The notes: generated from the letters alone by a model not told the origin. Positions 9,878-20,225 are shown, counted from the first letter of the stretch. The stretch is 64,000 bases of DNA from Vicinamibacteria bacterium (GCA_965199715.1 OZ241322.1:736001-800000), one strand, 5' to 3'. Program-made: numbers and translations.

Positions 9878-11597
9878 CGGCGGGCCGGAGGAGCAGCGCG
9901 ACCGCGAGACCCGATCCGGCGGCGACGGCCGCGCAGCCGGCGATCCACGGCGCTCCCCAGCCGAACAGCACCGCCGCGGTGCCGAAGAGCGCCGCATAGA
10001 CCATCGCGCAGGCGAGCGGCCAAGCGGCGAAGGCCCGCGCCCAGGCGTCCTTCGCTGGGTAGGCGTGGGGCCACAGCGCCTTCGGCGGGCGGATGCGGCG
10101 GGCGAAGGCGTCGAGCGTCGTCCGGGGTTCGGGCCGGGTGAGCCAGGTGGCCGCGAGCCAGATCGCGGTCGTGGTCGCCACGCCGGCGATCAGGCCGACC
10201 TCGGAGCCGGGAGCGAACCCGAACAGCGGCAGCGCGGCCGCGACGACGAGCGAACCGATCATCGCGGCGACCTCGCTCCAGGCGTTCACGCGCCACCACA
10301 TCCAGCGCAGCAGGAAGAGCGGCCCCGTCCCCGCCCCGATCTGGAGCAGCAGGCCGAAGCCGCCCCGCGCCGTATCCACGGTGAGGGTGAGGATTCCGGC
10401 GGCCGCCATGAGCCCGACGGTCACGACGCGCGCCGCGAGCACCAGCTCGCGCCGCCCGGCGCGCGGGCGCAGGAAGCGCCGGTACACGTCCTCGACGACG
10501 TACGACGCGCCCCAGTTCAGGTGGGTATCCACGGTGGACATGTAGGCCCCGACGAGCGAGGCCGCGGCGAACCCGAGCAGGCCCGGCGGGAGCAGCCGCA
10601 GCATCAGCGGATAGGCGAGGTCGTCGCCGACGAGCTCCGGGTCGAGGCCGGGCAGCGCCGCCTGCAGCGACTCGGCGGTCGGATACACCGCGAGCGACGC
10701 CAGCGCGACGAGCACCCACGGCCACGGCCGCAGCGCGTAGTGGGCCACGGTGAACCAGAGCGTTCCGGCGACCGCGTCGCGCTCGCTGCGCGCCGCCAGC
10801 ATCCGCTGGGCGACGTAGCCGCCGCCTCCTGGCTCCGCGCCCGGGTACCAGACGCTCCACCACTGGAGCGCGACCGGGATGAGGAACAGGACGAGGAACG
10901 CCGACGTGCCCGGCGTCGGCACAAGGTCGAGCCGATCCCCGTAGATCGCCGTGATCCCGGCGAGCCCGCCGACGGCCGGATGGTCGAGGGCCCAGACCGC
11001 GGCGAGGATCGCACCGGCGAGGGACACGAAGAACTGGAGGAGGTCGGTGAGCACGACTCCCCAGAACCCGGAGACGACCGCGTAGGCGGCGGCGAGCGCT
11101 CCCGCGATCAGGACTCCGGTGACCTTCTCCAGCCCGAACAGGACCCCGGCGATCTTGGCCCCCGCGAGCGTCACGGTGGCGATCACTACGCAGTTGAAGA
11201 AGACCCCCAGATACACGGCCCGGAACGCCCGGAGGAACGCCGCCGGCCGCCCCGAGTACCGAATCTCGTAGAAGCCGAGATCGGTCACGAGCCCGCTGCG
11301 GCGCCACAGCGGGGCGAAGACGAAGACAGTGAGCATCCCGGTGATGCAAAACGCCCACCAGGTCCAGTTGGCGGAGACCCCGTTCTGGCGCACCAGCTCG
11401 GCGACGAGGTTCGGCGTGTCGGTGGAGAACGTGGTCGCCACCATCGACGTGCCGAGCGCCCACCACGGGAGCCGCCTTCCGGCGAGGAAGAAGGATTCGC
11501 TGTCCGAGCCCGCCGTCCGGGCCACCGCGAGGCCGATCGCGAGCGCGACGAGGAGATACCCGACGAAGAGGACCCAGTCGATCGGGGCGAACGCCAT
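9834..11597 (-). CDS. Sodium:solute symporter (SSS) family
   Basis: FFLAGRRLPWW, SMVATTFSTDTP, YVAQRML, AYMSTVDTHLNWG. Confidence 0.92.
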   Translation of the reverse strand: MAFAPIDWVLFVGYLLVALAIGLAVARTAGSDSESFFLAGRRLPWWALGTSMVATTFSTDTPNLVAELVRQNGVSANWTWWAFCITGMLTVFVFAPLWRRSGLVTDLGFYEIRYSGRPAAFLRAFRAVYLGVFFNCVVIATVTLAGAKIAGVLFGLEKVTGVLIAGALAAAYAVVSGFWGVVLTDLLQFFVSLAGAILAAVWALDHPAVGGLAGITAIYGDRLDLVPTPGTSAFLVLFLIPVALQWWSVWYPGAEPGGGGYVAQRMLAARSERDAVAGTLWFTVAHYALRPWPWVLVALASLAVYPTAESLQAALPGLDPELVGDDLAYPLMLRLLPPGLLGFAAASLVGAYMSTVDTHLNWGASYVVEDVYRRFLRPRAGRRELVLAARVVTVGLMAAAGILTLTVDTARGGFGLLLQIGAGTGPLFLLRWMWWRVNAWSEVAAMIGSLVVAAALPLFGFAPGSEVGLIAGVATTTAIWLAATWLTRPEPRTTLDAFARRIRPPKALWPHAYPAKDAWARAFAAWPLACAMVYAALFGTAAVLFGWGAPWIAGCAAVAAGSGLAVALLLRPAATAAGGAAGSPPGP

Positions 11598-11642
11598 GGT
11601 CCGGGGTTATAGCCGACGCCGCTCGCTCCTAGACTTCCTGAC

Positions 11643-12497
11643 GTGCGCGTCCTGCTCGTCGCGGCGGTCCTCGCCGCCCCGCCCGCCGAGGAGGGGCTCG
11701 TGCGGATCGGCGGCCAGGCGGCGGCGGAGTCGCTTCTGGAGCAGGTGCTGGAGCGGCGCGCCGTCGTGCGCGAGGCCGAGGGCGGGCTGACGTTCCGCCA
11801 GCTCATCACCACCGAGCGCCTGAACGACGAGGAAGAGGTCACGGCGACCGTGAATCGGCTCTACCGCTACGACCCGGTGGCGGGCCGGCATCTCTGGAAG
11901 CTGCTCGAGCACGACGGCGAACCCATCGCCGGACGCCGGCTGCGGCGGGAGGAGCGCCGCTACCGCAAGGCCGTGACCGCCGCGTTCCGGGAGGCCGAGG
12001 AGGATCGCCGGGCGATCGAGGAGGGCGACCCGGACTACGAGGTCGCTCCCAAGAATGGCATGGACCTCTTCTACAAGATCATCCGCGACGCGATCGAGGA
12101 GCGCATGTTCCTCGGGGATCTCTACTCGGGCGCTACGTTCGAGGGGCACGAGGTCCAGATCGTGCGTTTCCGTCCCGATCCGGCCTACGGAAGGGCGCCG
12201 AACCGCATGATGGGGGTCGTGTCCGGCTGCGAGGGCGAGCTCTGGGTGGACGTCGAGAACCTCCAGGTCGCCCGGCTGGAAGCGGCGCTGACCCGGAACG
12301 TGAACTTCATCGCCGGGCTCTTCGGCCGGCTCCACAAGGGCACGAGCGCGAGCGTCCAGAGCGGATTCACCGGGTCGATGTGGCTTCCGACCCGGGTCAC
12401 GATGACGGTGAACGCGCGGATGTACTTCTTCCGCCGGATCCACCAGCGGGTGCACTACGACTTCCTCGAATTCGCCGAGGCCGAGTCGCCGCAGTGA
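11643..12497 (+). CDS. Secreted hypothetical protein (MucB/LolA-like beta-rich fold possible)
   Basis: Signal peptide; GELWVD...QVARLEA...WLPT pattern; GTGA overlap with cofE. Confidence 0.6.
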   Translation: MRVLLVAAVLAAPPAEEGLVRIGGQAAAESLLEQVLERRAVVREAEGGLTFRQLITTERLNDEEEVTATVNRLYRYDPVAGRHLWKLLEHDGEPIAGRRLRREERRYRKAVTAAFREAEEDRRAIEEGDPDYEVAPKNGMDLFYKIIRDAIEERMFLGDLYSGATFEGHEVQIVRFRPDPAYGRAPNRMMGVVSGCEGELWVDVENLQVARLEAALTRNVNFIAGLFGRLHKGTSASVQSGFTGSMWLPTRVTMTVNARMYFFRRIHQRVHYDFLEFAEAESPQ

Positions 12498-13225
12498 TCC
12501 TCGAGGGCGTCGAGGGCCTCCCCGAAGTCGAGCCCGGATGCGACCTTCCGGGCCTCGTCCTGGGGACGCTGGACCGCCGCCTCGAGCCCGGCGACGTCGT
12601 CGTGATCTGCCAGAAGGCGGTCTCCAAGGCGGAGGGCCGAATCGTGCGGCTGGACGACGTGAGGCCGGGGGACGAGGCGCGGGATCTCGCCCGGAGGTCC
12701 GGGGCGGACCCCCGCGAGATCGAGGTCGTCTTCGGGGAATCCGCCCGGATGGTCCGGGCGCGCGGCGACGTCCTGATCGCGGAGACGGCCCACGGGTTCG
12801 TCTGCGCGAACGCCGGCGTGGATCGGTCGAACGCGCCCCCGGGAACGCTGTGCCTGCTGCCGCTCGACCCGGACGCCTCGGCGCGCCGGATCGCGGCCCG
12901 GTTCCGGGCGGCCGGCCAGCCCGTCGGAGTCGTCGTCACCGACACCTGGGGCCGGCCGTTTCGCCTCGGCGCGGTGGACGTGGCGATCGGGGTGGCCGGC
13001 CTGCCCGCGCTCCTCGACTACCGGGGCCGGCGCGACGCCGCCGGGCGCGAGCTGCGCTCCACTGCGGTCGCGGTCGCCGACGCGATCGCGGCCGCCGCCG
13101 GACTGCTCATGGGGAAGCTGCGGCGCGTTCCGGTCGTGGTCGCGCGCGGCTGCCCGCTTCCCGACACGCCAGCCGGAAGCGCTCGGGACCTGCTGCGGGA
13201 CCGCCGCAAGGATCTCTTTCGGTGA
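12494..13225 (+). CDS. cofE: Coenzyme F420-0:L-glutamate ligase
   Basis: GLPEVEPG, QKAVSKAEGR, GFVCANAGVDRSN, DPDASA, TDTWGRPFR. Confidence 0.9.
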   Translation: MILEGVEGLPEVEPGCDLPGLVLGTLDRRLEPGDVVVICQKAVSKAEGRIVRLDDVRPGDEARDLARRSGADPREIEVVFGESARMVRARGDVLIAETAHGFVCANAGVDRSNAPPGTLCLLPLDPDASARRIAARFRAAGQPVGVVVTDTWGRPFRLGAVDVAIGVAGLPALLDYRGRRDAAGRELRSTAVAVADAIAAAAGLLMGKLRRVPVVVARGCPLPDTPAGSARDLLRDRRKDLFR

Positions 13226-13815
13226 TCGCGATCCTCGGAGGGACCGGCCCCTTCGGCCGGGCGCTCGCGAAGCGGTTCGTCGCCGCCGGGATCGGGACGG
13301 CCGTCGGATCCCGCAGCGCCGAGCGCGCCCGCGCCGTCGGCTTCGGAGCCCGGGGCATGACGAACGCGGACGCCGCGCGGGCGGGAGACCCGGTCTTCCT
13401 CGCCGTGCCGTTCTCGGCGCAGGACGCGCTTCTCGCCGAAGTCGGGCCGCTTCTCGAAGGCAAGCTCGTGATCGCCTGCGGCGTGATCTGGCCGCCCGGC
13501 TCCCGCCCGGAGACGTCCGCCGCCGAGGAGGCCGCCCGGCTGCTCCCGGAGTCCCGCGTCGCCGCCGCGTTCCAGACGGTCGCCGCGGCGGAACTGGCCG
13601 AGGGCGGGGCCGAGGCCGACGCGCTCGTCTTCGCCGATCGCGAGGCCGACCGCGTCGAGGCGGCGCGGATCGCCGCCGCCGCCGGCCTCCGCGCCCTCCC
13701 GGTCGGGCCGCTGCGGCTCGTGCGGGCGGCCGAGGCCTCGCTCGGAATCCTGCTGCGGCTGAACCGATCCGGGATCGCCCGGCGCGCCGGCCTCCGGATC
13801 ACCGGACTGAAATGA
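13222..13815 (+). CDS. NADPH-dependent F420 reductase (Fno/NpdG-like)
   Basis: IAILGGTGPFG, GSRSAERA, LAVPF, SAAEE, AAFQTV; adjacent to cofE. Confidence 0.75.
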   Translation: MIAILGGTGPFGRALAKRFVAAGIGTAVGSRSAERARAVGFGARGMTNADAARAGDPVFLAVPFSAQDALLAEVGPLLEGKLVIACGVIWPPGSRPETSAAEEAARLLPESRVAAAFQTVAAAELAEGGAEADALVFADREADRVEAARIAAAAGLRALPVGPLRLVRAAEASLGILLRLNRSGIARRAGLRITGLK

Positions 13816-14813
13816 CGCGCCGCTTCTGGTTGCGGGCGCTCCCGTGCGCCGGCACGGCCGGGGTCCTGTTCCTCGTCTTCCGCCGGGTCCCGCCGGAACG
13901 GCTGCTCGCGGCCTTCGGCGAGGCCGACCCGGTCCGCTTCCTCGTCGGCCTCGTTCCGGTCTCGATCGCCTACGTCGCCCTCGACTCGGGACTGATGGCG
14001 CAGGTGACGCGCCGCTTCCACCCGCCCGGCCTCGACTGGCGCGACGCCCTGCGGATGCGGGCGGTGGACTACCTGGTGACGCTGTGGAACGGACGCGCGT
14101 CGCAGGCGGCGATCGCGGCGTGGCTCGGCCGCCGCCTCCGAATCGCCCCCGAGCCCGACGGCTCGTGGCTCGAGGCCGCGGGCACGATCCTGTTCCTCGA
14201 CGTCTGCCAGCGCAGCCACCTGCTGCTGTGGGGCCTCGTCGGTTCGCTCGCGCTGTGGGGCGCGGCCCCCCGGCAGGTTCCGGTCGCCGCCGCGATCTCG
14301 CTCGCGGGCGTGGGACTCCTGATCGCGTTCCTGCGCGGACGGCTGCGGCGGGTCCGGCTCGGACCGCCGCGCTGGCGGCTGCTGCGCACGCTGCGCTCGG
14401 CCCGGCTCGCCGACTACGGGCGGGCGCTCCTGTGGAAGGCGCCGCTCATCCTGATCGCGGCGACCGGACACCAGATCGCGCTCGAGGCGTTCTCGGTTTC
14501 GATCCCGTGGACCGGCCTGCTCGCCACGCTTCCGATCATCTTCCTCGCCGGCGCGCTGCCGATCACGGTGGCGCGGATCGGCACCGCCCAGGCGGCGTGG
14601 CTCTACTTCCACGGGGAGGCGGCGGCCGCTTCGGCGGGAGGCGAAGCGGGGCTTCTCGGCTACAGCCTCGCCGCCCACCTCACCTTTCTGCTGCTGAACG
14701 CCGCGATCACCGCGCCCGCCCTGCCGGGCGCTTGGTCCTCGCTGCGCCTTGGCGCTGTTGACGGAGCTTCCGGGAGGTCCGTATCATCATCGACGGGATC
14801 CGTGTCGCCGTGA
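13812..14813 (+). CDS. Lysylphosphatidylglycerol synthase TM-region (flippase-like) membrane protein
   Basis: Multiple TM helices; LPITVARIG motif. Confidence 0.65.
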   Translation: MTRRFWLRALPCAGTAGVLFLVFRRVPPERLLAAFGEADPVRFLVGLVPVSIAYVALDSGLMAQVTRRFHPPGLDWRDALRMRAVDYLVTLWNGRASQAAIAAWLGRRLRIAPEPDGSWLEAAGTILFLDVCQRSHLLLWGLVGSLALWGAAPRQVPVAAAISLAGVGLLIAFLRGRLRRVRLGPPRWRLLRTLRSARLADYGRALLWKAPLILIAATGHQIALEAFSVSIPWTGLLATLPIIFLAGALPITVARIGTAQAAWLYFHGEAAAASAGGEAGLLGYSLAAHLTFLLLNAAITAPALPGAWSSLRLGAVDGASGRSVSSSTGSVSP

Positions 14814-16702
14814 GTAAGAGCCTCCTGTTCCTTGCGTGCGCGCTGGGCGCCGCGACGGCGGCGGCGCAGCCGCAGGATCCGCACGACGAGCGCGATCGTC
14901 GGGCGGACGCCGCGCACCGGGACGCGGCCGCCGGGCTGACCGCCGCCGAGAAGGCCCGCGAGGCCATCCGCGCCGCCGAACGGCTTCCGGAGGGCGCGGC
15001 CGCGAGCTCCGCGCCGTTCGTCGCGCGGACCGTCGTGGACGAGATCCTCGCCGCCCAGTGGGACGAGCGGGGGATCCCGCGCGCGCCCCGGTCCGCCGAC
15101 GAGGTCTTCCTCCGCCGCGCCACGCTCGACGCCACCGGCCTCGTGCCGACCGCCGACGACATCCGCCGGTTCCTCGACGACCCGTCCCCGGACAAGCGGG
15201 AGCGGCTCATCGACGAGCTCGTCGGCACCGAGGAGTTCGCCGAGCAGTGGGCGTGGTTCTTCGGCGACCTGTTCCGGCTGGCGAGCCAGGTGGGGCCGGT
15301 CCAGCACCCGTTCCAGAGCTGGATCAAGGAGTGGCTGGTCACCGACCGCCCCTACGACGAGTTCGTCCAGGACATGCTGACCGGAGTCGCGAAGGCGCAC
15401 GGCAGCGTGCCGTCGCTGACGCTGCTGGCCCGGTCGCACCAGGCCAAGAGCCGGATCGTGATGAGCCCCGACGACTACTCGATCCACAACCGGCTGGACG
15501 CGCTCGACCAGTTCAACGTGGACGTGTCGCGGGCCTTCCTCGGGATCAACACCTCGTGCGTGTCCTGCCACGACGGCGCGGACCACCTCGAGCCGCTGAA
15601 CCAGTGGCTCTCGGAACGCACCCGCGAGGAGTTCTACCGCCAGTCGGCGTTCCTCGGGAACGCCCGGCTCATCACGACGTGGGACGACCGCAGCAAGAAC
15701 GTCGTGGTCGATCTGCTCGTGGACGACCTCGCGAAGGGTTACGACACCGGGGACGACGCGCCGTACCACACTCTCTCCGAGGGGCGCTTCCCCCGGCTCG
15801 AGGGGCTCGCGTGGGAGCCGGCGTTCATGCTCACCGGCGAAACGCCAAGGCCCGGCGAGAATCCCCGCGACGCGTTCGCGCGGATGCTCACGAGCCACCG
15901 CCAGTTCGCCCGCGCCACGGTGAACCTCGTCTGGGGCAAGCTGATGACGGTCGCGTTCGTCGAGCCGTACAACGCCTTCGACCTCGCCCGGATGGACCGC
16001 CTCCCCGAGGGAGAGGAGGACCCGCTTCCGCCGCGCCCGACGAATCCCGAGCTGCTCGAGGCCCTCGCCGAGGAGTTCGAGGCGAGCGGCTACAGCTTCT
16101 GGAGTCTCGTCAAGACCGTCATGAAATCCGAGGCGTACGGTCTTTCGGCCCGCTTCCCCGGCGAGTGGGACGACGACTGGACCGGCTTCTACCCGAGGCG
16201 CTTCGTCCGAGTGCTGACCGGGCCGGAGCTCGTGGACTCGCTCACCCGCGCCACCGGCGCTCCCGCCGAGTTCAACTTCCGCGGGATCAAGGTCAGCCGG
16301 GTCAAGGAGCTCACCACGCCCCGCGATCTCGGCGGGCGGCGGGGAACCGGCGAGGGCGCGGAGATCGACGCGCTGCTCCAGAGCTTCTTCCAGAGCAACC
16401 GGATGACCCCGGCGCCGGTCGGCAACCGCGGGTCCATCCTGCAGGCGCTCCTGATGATGCAGTCGGGCGTGGTCAACCGGCGCGTGACGAGCGAGTCCGG
16501 CACCCGGGTCGCCGAACTCGTGGAAGCCGATATCGACCACGCCGAAGTCGTCGAGGAGCTCTTTCTTGCGACGCTCGGCCGATTTCCCACGGCGGCCGAA
16601 CTGGACCTGGCCCGGGAGACGCTCGGGGCCGAAGTCGCCGAGGGCGCCGAAAACCTCCAGTGGGCGCTTCTCAACTCGCCCGAGTTCCTCCTGAACCACT
16701 GA
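14810..16702 (+). CDS. DUF1549/DUF1553 domain protein with CxxCH heme motif
   Basis: DEVFLRRATLD, RPYDEFV, FLGINTSCVSCHD, PTNPELL, WALLNSPEFLLNH. Confidence 0.9.
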   Translation: MSKSLLFLACALGAATAAAQPQDPHDERDRRADAAHRDAAAGLTAAEKAREAIRAAERLPEGAAASSAPFVARTVVDEILAAQWDERGIPRAPRSADEVFLRRATLDATGLVPTADDIRRFLDDPSPDKRERLIDELVGTEEFAEQWAWFFGDLFRLASQVGPVQHPFQSWIKEWLVTDRPYDEFVQDMLTGVAKAHGSVPSLTLLARSHQAKSRIVMSPDDYSIHNRLDALDQFNVDVSRAFLGINTSCVSCHDGADHLEPLNQWLSERTREEFYRQSAFLGNARLITTWDDRSKNVVVDLLVDDLAKGYDTGDDAPYHTLSEGRFPRLEGLAWEPAFMLTGETPRPGENPRDAFARMLTSHRQFARATVNLVWGKLMTVAFVEPYNAFDLARMDRLPEGEEDPLPPRPTNPELLEALAEEFEASGYSFWSLVKTVMKSEAYGLSARFPGEWDDDWTGFYPRRFVRVLTGPELVDSLTRATGAPAEFNFRGIKVSRVKELTTPRDLGGRRGTGEGAEIDALLQSFFQSNRMTPAPVGNRGSILQALLMMQSGVVNRRVTSESGTRVAELVEADIDHAEVVEELFLATLGRFPTAAELDLARETLGAEVAEGAENLQWALLNSPEFLLNH

Positions 16703-16703
16703 C

Positions 16704-18110
16704 ATGAAGAAACCCCGGATCGCCGACGCGCTTCCGGCGCGACGCGACGTCCTCCGCTACGGCGGCCTCGCGCTCGCCGGGACGGTCGCGGGCCAGGCGG
16801 TCTGGCCGCTGCGCGCCTACGCGAACGGGGCCGCGACCCCGAGGCGGACGGCGCGGTACTGCATCTTCGTCGAGATGGGCGGCGCGATCAGCCCGATGGA
16901 CACCTGGGACTTCAAGCAGACCCGCTGGACCCCGCCGGATCTGGACATGGTCCAACTGAGCGACGAGGTCTCGCTCTCCCGGACGCTGTTTCCCCAGCTC
17001 GTCCATCGCATGGACGAGGTCGCGCTCGTGCGCTCGATGCGCGCTCCGGAGCTGATCCACTTCAACGGGCAGTACCACACGCAGACCGGGCGAGTGCTGA
17101 ACGTGGCCCTCGCCCGCGAGATCCCGGCGTTCGGGAGCGTGATCGCCGCCGAGCTGGACCGGGAGCGGCGCGAGCGCGACACCTTCCCGACCTACGTCAG
17201 CACCTACCTGACGCGGGCGCGCGCCGGCTCGATCGGCGCCGGGTTCCTGCCGACGCGCTTTTCCGGGCTCGACCTCGACCCGACCACGGTGTTCGACGCG
17301 TTCGGCGGGAACGTGGACGGAAGCCTCAAGGTGCTCGAAGAGCGCTTCCGGCTGCTCGGCCAGCTCGCCGAGATCTCGGCGCCCGAGCGCGCGTCGCTGG
17401 GCCGCCGGGCGTCCGACTACCGCGACTACTACCGGTCGGCCTACGCGCTGCTCACCGACCCCCGCTGGCCGCAGTTGTTCCGGGCGACCGGCGACGACCG
17501 GGAGCGCTACGGCGCGGACGAATTCGGGCTCGGTTGCATCCTCGCCCGCAACCTCATCGAGGCCGACGCCGGCACGCGGTTCATCTACATCTACGACGGC
17601 GACAAGTGGGACCACCACGCCGGCATCTTCGACCGCTCGCGCAAGTGGAACCACTACACGACCTGCCCGAGGCTCGACAAGGGATTCGTGGCGCTGCTCG
17701 ACGACCTCGGCGCGATGCCGGGGACCGAGCCCGGAACCACGGCCCTCGACGAGACGCTGATCGTGGTCACGAGCGAGTTCGGGCGCACGCCCGACATGAA
17801 CCCCGTGCTCGGCCGGGACCACTATCGCGAGGCCTACACGACCATGTACGCCGGCGGCGGGGTCCAAGGAGGGCGGGTGCTCGGCAAGACCAACGAGGAC
17901 GGATCCGAGGTCATCGACCCGGGGTGGAGCCATGACGGCCAGCCGTTCATGGACAACACCGTCGCGACGATCTACTCGGCGCTGGGGATCGACTGGCGCA
18001 AGTCGGTCACCAACACCCCCTCGGGGCGGGAGTACCTGTACGTGGACTCCATCGCGCTGGGCGCCTCCGAGATGATGTTCGACGACGAGATCGCCGGAAT
18101 CTTCAAGTAG
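16704..18110 (+). CDS. DUF1501 domain protein (Tat signal)
   Basis: RRDVLR Tat motif; GAISPMDTWDFK, WDHH, SEFGRTP, GRDH. Confidence 0.9.
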   Translation: MKKPRIADALPARRDVLRYGGLALAGTVAGQAVWPLRAYANGAATPRRTARYCIFVEMGGAISPMDTWDFKQTRWTPPDLDMVQLSDEVSLSRTLFPQLVHRMDEVALVRSMRAPELIHFNGQYHTQTGRVLNVALAREIPAFGSVIAAELDRERRERDTFPTYVSTYLTRARAGSIGAGFLPTRFSGLDLDPTTVFDAFGGNVDGSLKVLEERFRLLGQLAEISAPERASLGRRASDYRDYYRSAYALLTDPRWPQLFRATGDDRERYGADEFGLGCILARNLIEADAGTRFIYIYDGDKWDHHAGIFDRSRKWNHYTTCPRLDKGFVALLDDLGAMPGTEPGTTALDETLIVVTSEFGRTPDMNPVLGRDHYREAYTTMYAGGGVQGGRVLGKTNEDGSEVIDPGWSHDGQPFMDNTVATIYSALGIDWRKSVTNTPSGREYLYVDSIALGASEMMFDDEIAGIFK

Positions 18111-18116
18111 CGGTCC

Positions 18117-18920
18117 TTGCTGCTCGCGCTCCTGCTGTTCGGGGCGGGAAGCGCCGCGGAACCGCACTGCACCGACGATCGGACCGAGGACATCTGCTGG
18201 ATCGCGGGCGGCGAGTTCTGGATGGGGCGCACGCACCTGTGGCTCATCGACGAGATCGGCTGGCAGACCCGCGACCGGGTGGACGACCGGCCCGTCCACC
18301 GCGTCCACGTGCCCGGTTTCTGGATGGACCGCGCCGAGGTCACCCAGGAGGCGTACCGCCGGTTCGCGCAGGCCACGGGGCGCGCCGAGCCGTTCCACTG
18401 GCGGCAGGGGTTCCCCGAGGAGGCCGCCCGCCGCCCGGCGTACAACGTGACGTGGGAGGACGCGGCGGCGTACTGCGCGTTCCGCGGCAAGCGCCTTCCC
18501 ACCGAGGCCGAGTGGGAGAAGGCCGCCCGGGGCCAGGTTGACGGGGCGCCGTACCCGTGGGGCCTCGAGTTCGCGCCGGACGACGGGGACGGCCCCCCGG
18601 CGCGAGTGGGTCATCCGCACGGCCCGGCCGACGTCGGCTCGTACCCGGCGAACGGATACGGCCTGTTCGACATGATCGGGAACATCGCCGAGTGGGTGGC
18701 CGACAGATACGATCTCGGCTATTACGCGGTGAGTCCGGTCGAGAGTCCCAAGGGGCCGGCCGAGGCTCCCTACCGGGTGTTCCGCGGCGGAAGCTGGGCG
18801 GACGCCGACGAACGCATCACGTCCGTGTTCTATCGGAACTTCACGAGGCCGGACACGACCATCCACAGCATCGGGTTCCGGTGCGCCATGGACCATCCCG
18901 AAGGGGAGACGACACGATGA
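18117..18920 (+). CDS. Formylglycine-generating enzyme (FGE/SUMF1) family protein
   Basis: KRLPTEAEWEKAAR, NGYGLFDMIGNIAEW, RGGSW, IGFRCA. Confidence 0.9.
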   Translation: MLLALLLFGAGSAAEPHCTDDRTEDICWIAGGEFWMGRTHLWLIDEIGWQTRDRVDDRPVHRVHVPGFWMDRAEVTQEAYRRFAQATGRAEPFHWRQGFPEEAARRPAYNVTWEDAAAYCAFRGKRLPTEAEWEKAARGQVDGAPYPWGLEFAPDDGDGPPARVGHPHGPADVGSYPANGYGLFDMIGNIAEWVADRYDLGYYAVSPVESPKGPAEAPYRVFRGGSWADADERITSVFYRNFTRPDTTIHSIGFRCAMDHPEGETTR

Positions 18921-19882
18921 GCGAGAACCGCATCGGCCGGCGCCGAGCGATCCAGGGCCTCGCGGCGGGAAGCGCCGCGATCGCCGGCGGCGTCCGCGCC
19001 GCGCAGTCCGCATCGGGCGACATGGGAACCCGCTTCCAGGAGATGCTCGCCGGGCCGGATCCCGTCATCTGTCCGGGGGCCTTCGACGCCATCTCGGCGC
19101 GGCTGATCGTCGAGAACGGCTTCGACGCCGTGCTCATCGGCGGCAGCGCCGGCTCGGCCGCGAACCTCGGCGTGCCCGACTACGGGCTCGCGTCGATCAC
19201 CGAGCTCATCGAGGTCTCGGCGCGGATCGCCGACTCGGTGCCGGTTCCGGTCTTCGCCGACGCGGACGACGGCGGCGGCAGTCCGCTCGCGGTGGCGCGG
19301 GCGACGCGCGGCTTCGAGCGCGCCGGCCTCGCCGCGATGATGATCGAGGATCACGTGCAGGCGAAGCACCTCGGCGAGGGCGGCGTCCTCGTGGACGCTC
19401 CCGGCATGCAGGACCGCGTCCGCGCCGCCGCCGACGCGCGATCCGGCGGCATGATGCTGGTCGCCCGCTGCGACGCGGTCTCCATCGGCCTGAGCGAGGC
19501 GGAAGCCATCGACCGGGGCGCGGCCTACGTGGAAGCCGGCGCGGACCTCCTCTTCTTCGCCGGACTCGCGCCCGAACGCCTCGGCCCGGTCTCGCAGGCG
19601 TGCGGACGCCCCGCCATCGCGAGCGTCCACGACACGCCCATGGAGACGCTGCGGGAGAACGGCGTGCCGCTGGTCCTCTACGCCGGGCAACTGCTGCGGC
19701 TCGCGCTCGGCGCGATGCAGCGCGGGCTCGACGACATCAAGAACGGGGCGACGTGGCCCGGCTACGCCGAGCGGGCCCTTCCCGGCGACGCCTACCAGCG
19801 CCTCATCCGCTCGGGCGAGTGGCGAGACCGCGCCCGCCGCTACAACCTCGTGAACGCCTCGGGCCGCCAGACTAGGGGCTGA
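18917..19882 (+). CDS. Isocitrate lyase/PEP mutase (PrpB-like) family protein with N-terminal Tat-like leader
   Basis: PGAFDAISAR, GVPDYGL, ADADDG, IED, VARCDA, YVEAGAD; leader GRRRAIQGLAAG. Confidence 0.8.
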   Translation: MSENRIGRRRAIQGLAAGSAAIAGGVRAAQSASGDMGTRFQEMLAGPDPVICPGAFDAISARLIVENGFDAVLIGGSAGSAANLGVPDYGLASITELIEVSARIADSVPVPVFADADDGGGSPLAVARATRGFERAGLAAMMIEDHVQAKHLGEGGVLVDAPGMQDRVRAAADARSGGMMLVARCDAVSIGLSEAEAIDRGAAYVEAGADLLFFAGLAPERLGPVSQACGRPAIASVHDTPMETLRENGVPLVLYAGQLLRLALGAMQRGLDDIKNGATWPGYAERALPGDAYQRLIRSGEWRDRARRYNLVNASGRQTRG

Positions 19883-20065
19883 GTCCGTGGCGACCGCCAC
19901 CCCGCCGGACCAAACTAGTCGCCCCGTGTTCATCCCCGTTCGTCAAAAGGAGAGTTCACGCCCCCAAACACGGAATTCCTGACACGGCCGACAAGCGGGC
20001 GCCGGGAGCCGGAGACTGCTTGGCTCGCCGCCTGGAACCCCCGCTTCCGGCGCGTCGCGGCCTCG

Positions 20066-20127
20066 GAAAAGCGTGACTTTTTCGACGCCCGAAACTGTGA
20101 GCTTGCCCCGCTTTCGTGGACAGTTGA
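20066..20127. mobile_element. Probable nested IS terminal remnants: IS21-like end repeats cut by an IS3-like terminal inverted repeat (TGAGCTTGCCCC...TGGACAGTTGA)
   Basis: GTGACTTTTTCGACGCCCGAAACTGTGA followed directly by TGAgcttgCCCC...gTGGACAgtt resembles IS end consensus recalled from memory; no transposase present. Confidence 0.3.
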
Positions 20128-20225
20128 CTATTTTGGATCCGCGGCGTGACGCGAGCTTCGTTCCCGCCGCCGGGCCGTGTTCCCGAGAGCCGGCCCCGCT
20201 GACGCGGACCGCTTCGAGAGCGAGG

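Noticed and set aside
19872-19918. Two CTAG tetramers as an IS target-site duplication
   Set aside because: Only about 45 bp apart with no convincing terminal inverted repeats between them.
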